Assembly (NCBI RefSeq): GCF_018350175.1
Contig: NC_058368.1
Coordinates: 156,304,001-156,368,000 of the forward strand
DNA from: Felis catus
Taxonomy: Eukaryota
Direction of reading: 5' to 3'
Length of the DNA stretch: 64,000 nucleotides
Of this stretch, positions 60,215 through 64,000 are shown piece by piece; the stretch's first letter is position 1; every line of letters starts with the position of its first letter. The notes beneath the pieces are model-generated. The model was not told the DNA's origin, did no database searches, and saw only the letters and a program-made list of their open reading frames with translations. A program made the translations under genes and the position numbers.

Positions 60215-63200
60215 CTATGTAATTCCAGTTAGTTACATACAGTGTAGTATTGGTTTCAGGAATAGAATTTAGTTATTCATCACTTACAGATAACACCCAG
60301 TGCTCATCCCTACAAGTGCCTTCCTTAGCCCGTTTAGCCCATCCTCCCTCCTACTTCCCCTCCAGCACCCCTCAGTTTGTTCTCCTTAGTTAAGAGTCTC
60401 TTATGGTTTGCCTCTCCCTATTTTTATCTTAATTTTATTTTCCTTCCCTTCCCCTACGTTAATCTGTTTAGTCTCCTAAATGCCACACACATATGAGTGA
60501 AATTATATTTGTCTTTCTCTAACTGACTTGCTTCATTTAGCATAATATACTGTAGTTCCATTCATGTCCTTGCAATGGCAAGATTTCATTCTTTTTAATG
60601 GCTGGGTAATATTTCATTGTATGTGTTTACCAGATCTTCTTTATCCATTTATCAGTTGATGGACATTTAGTCTCTTTCCATAATGTGACTATTGTTTATA
60701 GTGCTGCTATAAATATTGGGGTGCATGTGCCCCTTCAAATCAGTATTTTTGTATCCTTTAGATAAATACCTAGTAGTGTAAGTGTTGGACCATAGCGTGG
60801 TTCTACCTTTAACTTTCTGAGGAACCTCCATACTGTATTCCAGAGTGCCTGCGCCAGTTTGCATTCCCACCAACAGGTAAGCAGGTTCCCCTTTTCCCAC
60901 ATCTTTGCCAGTATCTCTTGATTTGAGTTATTAATTTTAGCCATTCCAATAGTTGTGAGGTGGTATCTCATTGTGGTTTTGATTTGTATTTTCTTGATGA
61001 TGAGTGATGTTGAGCATTTTTTCATGTGGCTGTTAGCCATTTGTATGTCTTCTTCGGAGAAGTATTTATTCATGTCTTCTGCCTATTTCTTTACTGGATT
61101 TTTTGTTTTTTTTGGGGTGTTTGATAAGCTCTTTATAGGTTTTGGATACTAATTCTTTACTAGATAATGTCATTTGCAAATATCTTCTCCCATTCTCTAG
61201 GCTGCCTTTTAGTTTTATGGATTGTTTCCTAGCTGTGCAGAAACTTTTTATCCTGGTGAAGTCCCACTAGTTCATGTTTGCTTTTGTTTTCCTGGCCTCT
61301 GGAGATGTGTCTAGTAAGAAGTTGCTACAGCTCTGGTCAAAAAGATGGTTGCCTGTGCTCTCCTGTAGGATTTTGTTGGTTTCCTGTCTCACATTTAGGT
61401 CTTTGGTCCATTTTGAATTTATTTTAGCGTGTGGTATAAGAAAGTGGTTTAATTTCATTCCTTTGCATGTTGCTGTCCAGTTTTCCCAACACTATTTGTT
61501 GAAGAGACTATCTTTCCCATTGGATATTCTTTCCTGCCTTGTCGAAGATGAGTTGACCATATAGATGTGGGTGTATTTCCGGGTTTTCTATTCTGTTCCG
61601 TGGATCTCTGTGTCTGTTTTTGTGCCAGTGTTATACTGTCTTGATGACTACAGCTTTGTGATGTAACTTGAAGTCTGGAATTGTGATGCCTTCAGCTTTG
61701 GTTTTCTTTTTCAACATAACTTTGCTTATTCAGGTTCTTCTCTGGTTCCATACAAATTTTAGGATTGTTTGCTCTAGGTATGTGAAAAATGCTGGTGGTA
61801 TTTTGCACTGGGGATTTGCACTGGTATTTTACACTGGGGATTGCACTGAATGTGTAGAATGCTTTCAGTAGTGTAGACATTTTAACAATATTTGATCTTC
61901 TGATTCATAAGCGTGGAATGTTCTTCCATTTCTTTGTGTCATCTTCAGTTTCTTTCATAAGTGTTCTATAGTTTTCAGAGTACAGATCTTTTACCTCTTT
62001 GGTTGGATTTATTCCTAGTCTTAAGGTTTTTGGTGCAGTTGTAAATGGGATCAATTCCTTAATTTCTCCTGCTGCTGCTTCATTATTGGTGTATAAAATG
62101 CAGCAAATTTTCACACGTTGATTTTGTATCCTGCCACTTTGCTGAATTCGTGTATCAGTTCTGGCAATTTTTTGGTGGAGTCTTTCAGGTTTTCCAGATA
62201 AAGGATCAAGTCATCTGCAGAGAGTGAGAGTTTGACTTCTTCCTTGCCAGTTTGAATGCCTTTTCTTTTTGTTGTCTGATAGCTGAGGTTAGGATTTCTA
62301 GTACTATGTTGAACAACACTGGTGAGAGTGGATAGCCCTTTCTTGTTCCTGACGTTAGGGAGAAAGCTCTCAGGATTTCACCACTGAAGATGAGAGTAGT
62401 TGTTAGTCTTTCTATTATGGCCTTTATGATGTTGAGATACATTCCTTTTATCCCTGTTTTCTTGAGGGTGTTTACGAATAAAAGGATGCTGTATTTTGTC
62501 AAATGCTTTTTCTGCATCTATTGAGAGGATCATTTGGTTATTGTTTCTTTTATTAATATACGACATTGATTTATGATAATTCTTTTAATGTACTCTTGGA
62601 CTTGCTAGTATCTTGTAGAGAATTTTGTTTTGATGTACATCAGGGATATTGGTCTGTAATTCTCCTTTTTAGTGACTTCTTTGGTTTTGGAATCAAGGAA
62701 ATACTGGCCTCATAGAATGAGTTTGGAAGTTTTCCTTCTGTTTCTGTTTTTTAGAATGGTTTTGAAAAAATAGGTAGTATTTCTTTAAATGTTTGATAGA
62801 ATTCCCCTGGGAAGTCATCTGGCCCTGGACTCTTGTCTGTTGGGAGATTTGTGATTACTGATTGAATTTCTTTACTGGTTATGGTTCTGTTCAAGAACCA
62901 GCTATTAGTTTTATCTATCTGTTCTACCTTTTTTTTTTTTTTTAAATATTCCTATGTGATTTATTTCAGCTCTAAATTTTATTATTTCCCTTTTTCTGCT
63001 GGTTTTGGGCTTCATTTACCGTTATTTTTCCAGATCCTTTAGGTGTAAGGCTAGGTTGTGTATTTGAGACTTTGCTTCCTTTTTGAGGAAGGCCTGAATT
63101 GCTATATACTTCCCTCTTAGGACCGCCTTTGCTGCATCCCAAAGGTTTTAGACTGTCATGTTTTCATTTTCTTTGGCTTTCATGTATTTTTTAATTTCTT

Positions 63201-64000
63201 CTTTAATTTTCTGGGTTAACCCATTCATTCTTTAATAAGATGTTCTTTAACCTCCATGTATTGGTGGTCTTTCCAAATTTTTCCTCATGAGTGACTTCAA
63301 GTTTCATAGCGTTGTGGTCTGAAAATATGCCTGATATGATCTCAGTCTTTTTGTACTGGTTGAGGCCTGATTTGTGACCCAGTGTGAATCTATTCTGGAG
63401 AATATGTGCACTTAAAAAGAGTTTGTATTCTGCTGCTTTAGGGTGAAATGTTGTGAATATATGTTAAGTCCATCTGGTCCAGTGTGTCATTCAAAGCCAT
63501 TATTTGCTTGTTGATCTCCTTAGATGATCTGTCCATTGCTGTAAGTGGGGTGTTAAAATCCCCTGCTATTATGTGATTATCGATGAATTTCTTTGTTATT
63601 AATTCATTTATACATTTGGCTGCTTTCAATTTAGGGGCATAAGTATTTACAATTGTTAGATCTTCTGGTTGGATATACCCCTTTATTATGACACAGTGCC
63701 CTTCTTCATCTCTTATATAGTCTTTTGTTCAAAATCTAGTTTGTCTAAGTATGGTTACTCCAGCTTTCTTTTGATATCCATTAGCATGATAAATGGTTCT
63801 CCATCCCCCCCCCACTTTCAATTTGAAGGTGTCTTTGGGTGTAAAATAAGTCTCTTGTAAGCGCATATAGTTGGGTCTTGTTGTTTTTGTCCATTCTGAT
63901 ATGCTGTGTCTTTTGATTGGAGAATTTAGTCCATTTATATTCAGAATAACTATTGATAGATATGAATTTAGTGCTTTTGTATTCCCTGTAAAGTCATCGT
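60215..64000 (-). mobile_element. Carnivore L1, degraded ORF2 (endonuclease to C-terminus) plus 3'UTR; continues past the window end
   Basis: IIAGDFNTPLTAMDRSS (endonuclease), ILSIDAEKAFDKIQHPF (RT), MRYHLTTI and CWWECKL (C-terminus). Confidence 0.93.

Noticed and set aside
61797..61848. ~26-bp tandem duplication (similar small ones at 4391, 19284, 19765 and 43755)
   Set aside because: Ordinary slippage micro-duplications with no array or spacer structure
1..64000. CRISPR arrays, rRNA, NUMT or non-retroviral viral inserts
   Set aside because: None recognised; the virus-looking Asn-rich ORF at 15934-16389 is better explained as a hAT transposase remnant

Overview
This window is felid (cat-like) genomic DNA, judged from about 40 Can-SINE/SINEC_Fc copies and feline-type L1 3' ends. 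It is centred on a CpG island (~44.67-45.70 kb) that works as a compact bidirectional promoter. On the + strand lies the 5' end of SLF1 (ANKRD32): a non-coding exon 1, then three coding exons (56844-56957, 57118-57193, 58333-58573) encoding the N-terminal BRCT region. On the - strand lies a divergently transcribed gene, most likely KIAA0825, inferred from the known head-to-head synteny. It shows a first exon ending at 44956, a ~35 kb first intron and a probable uATG-rich leader exon near 9.6-9.75 kb; none of its coding exons is visible. The rest is intronic and rich in transposable elements: young L1 insertions with target-site duplications (TSDs), ancient L1s, L2, MIR, LTRs, a Charlie1 element, and a near-complete hAT-Blackjack transposase fossil with one long open segment. 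I cannot demonstrate a new biological system from the sequence alone. The best leads are the open Blackjack segment, a candidate SLF1 exon that would add a hydrophobic N-terminus, a candidate recursive splice site, a ~100-bp TSD-like duplication, and repeated reuse of SINE target sites. Repeat subfamily names come from recalled consensus sequences and their boundaries are approximate.
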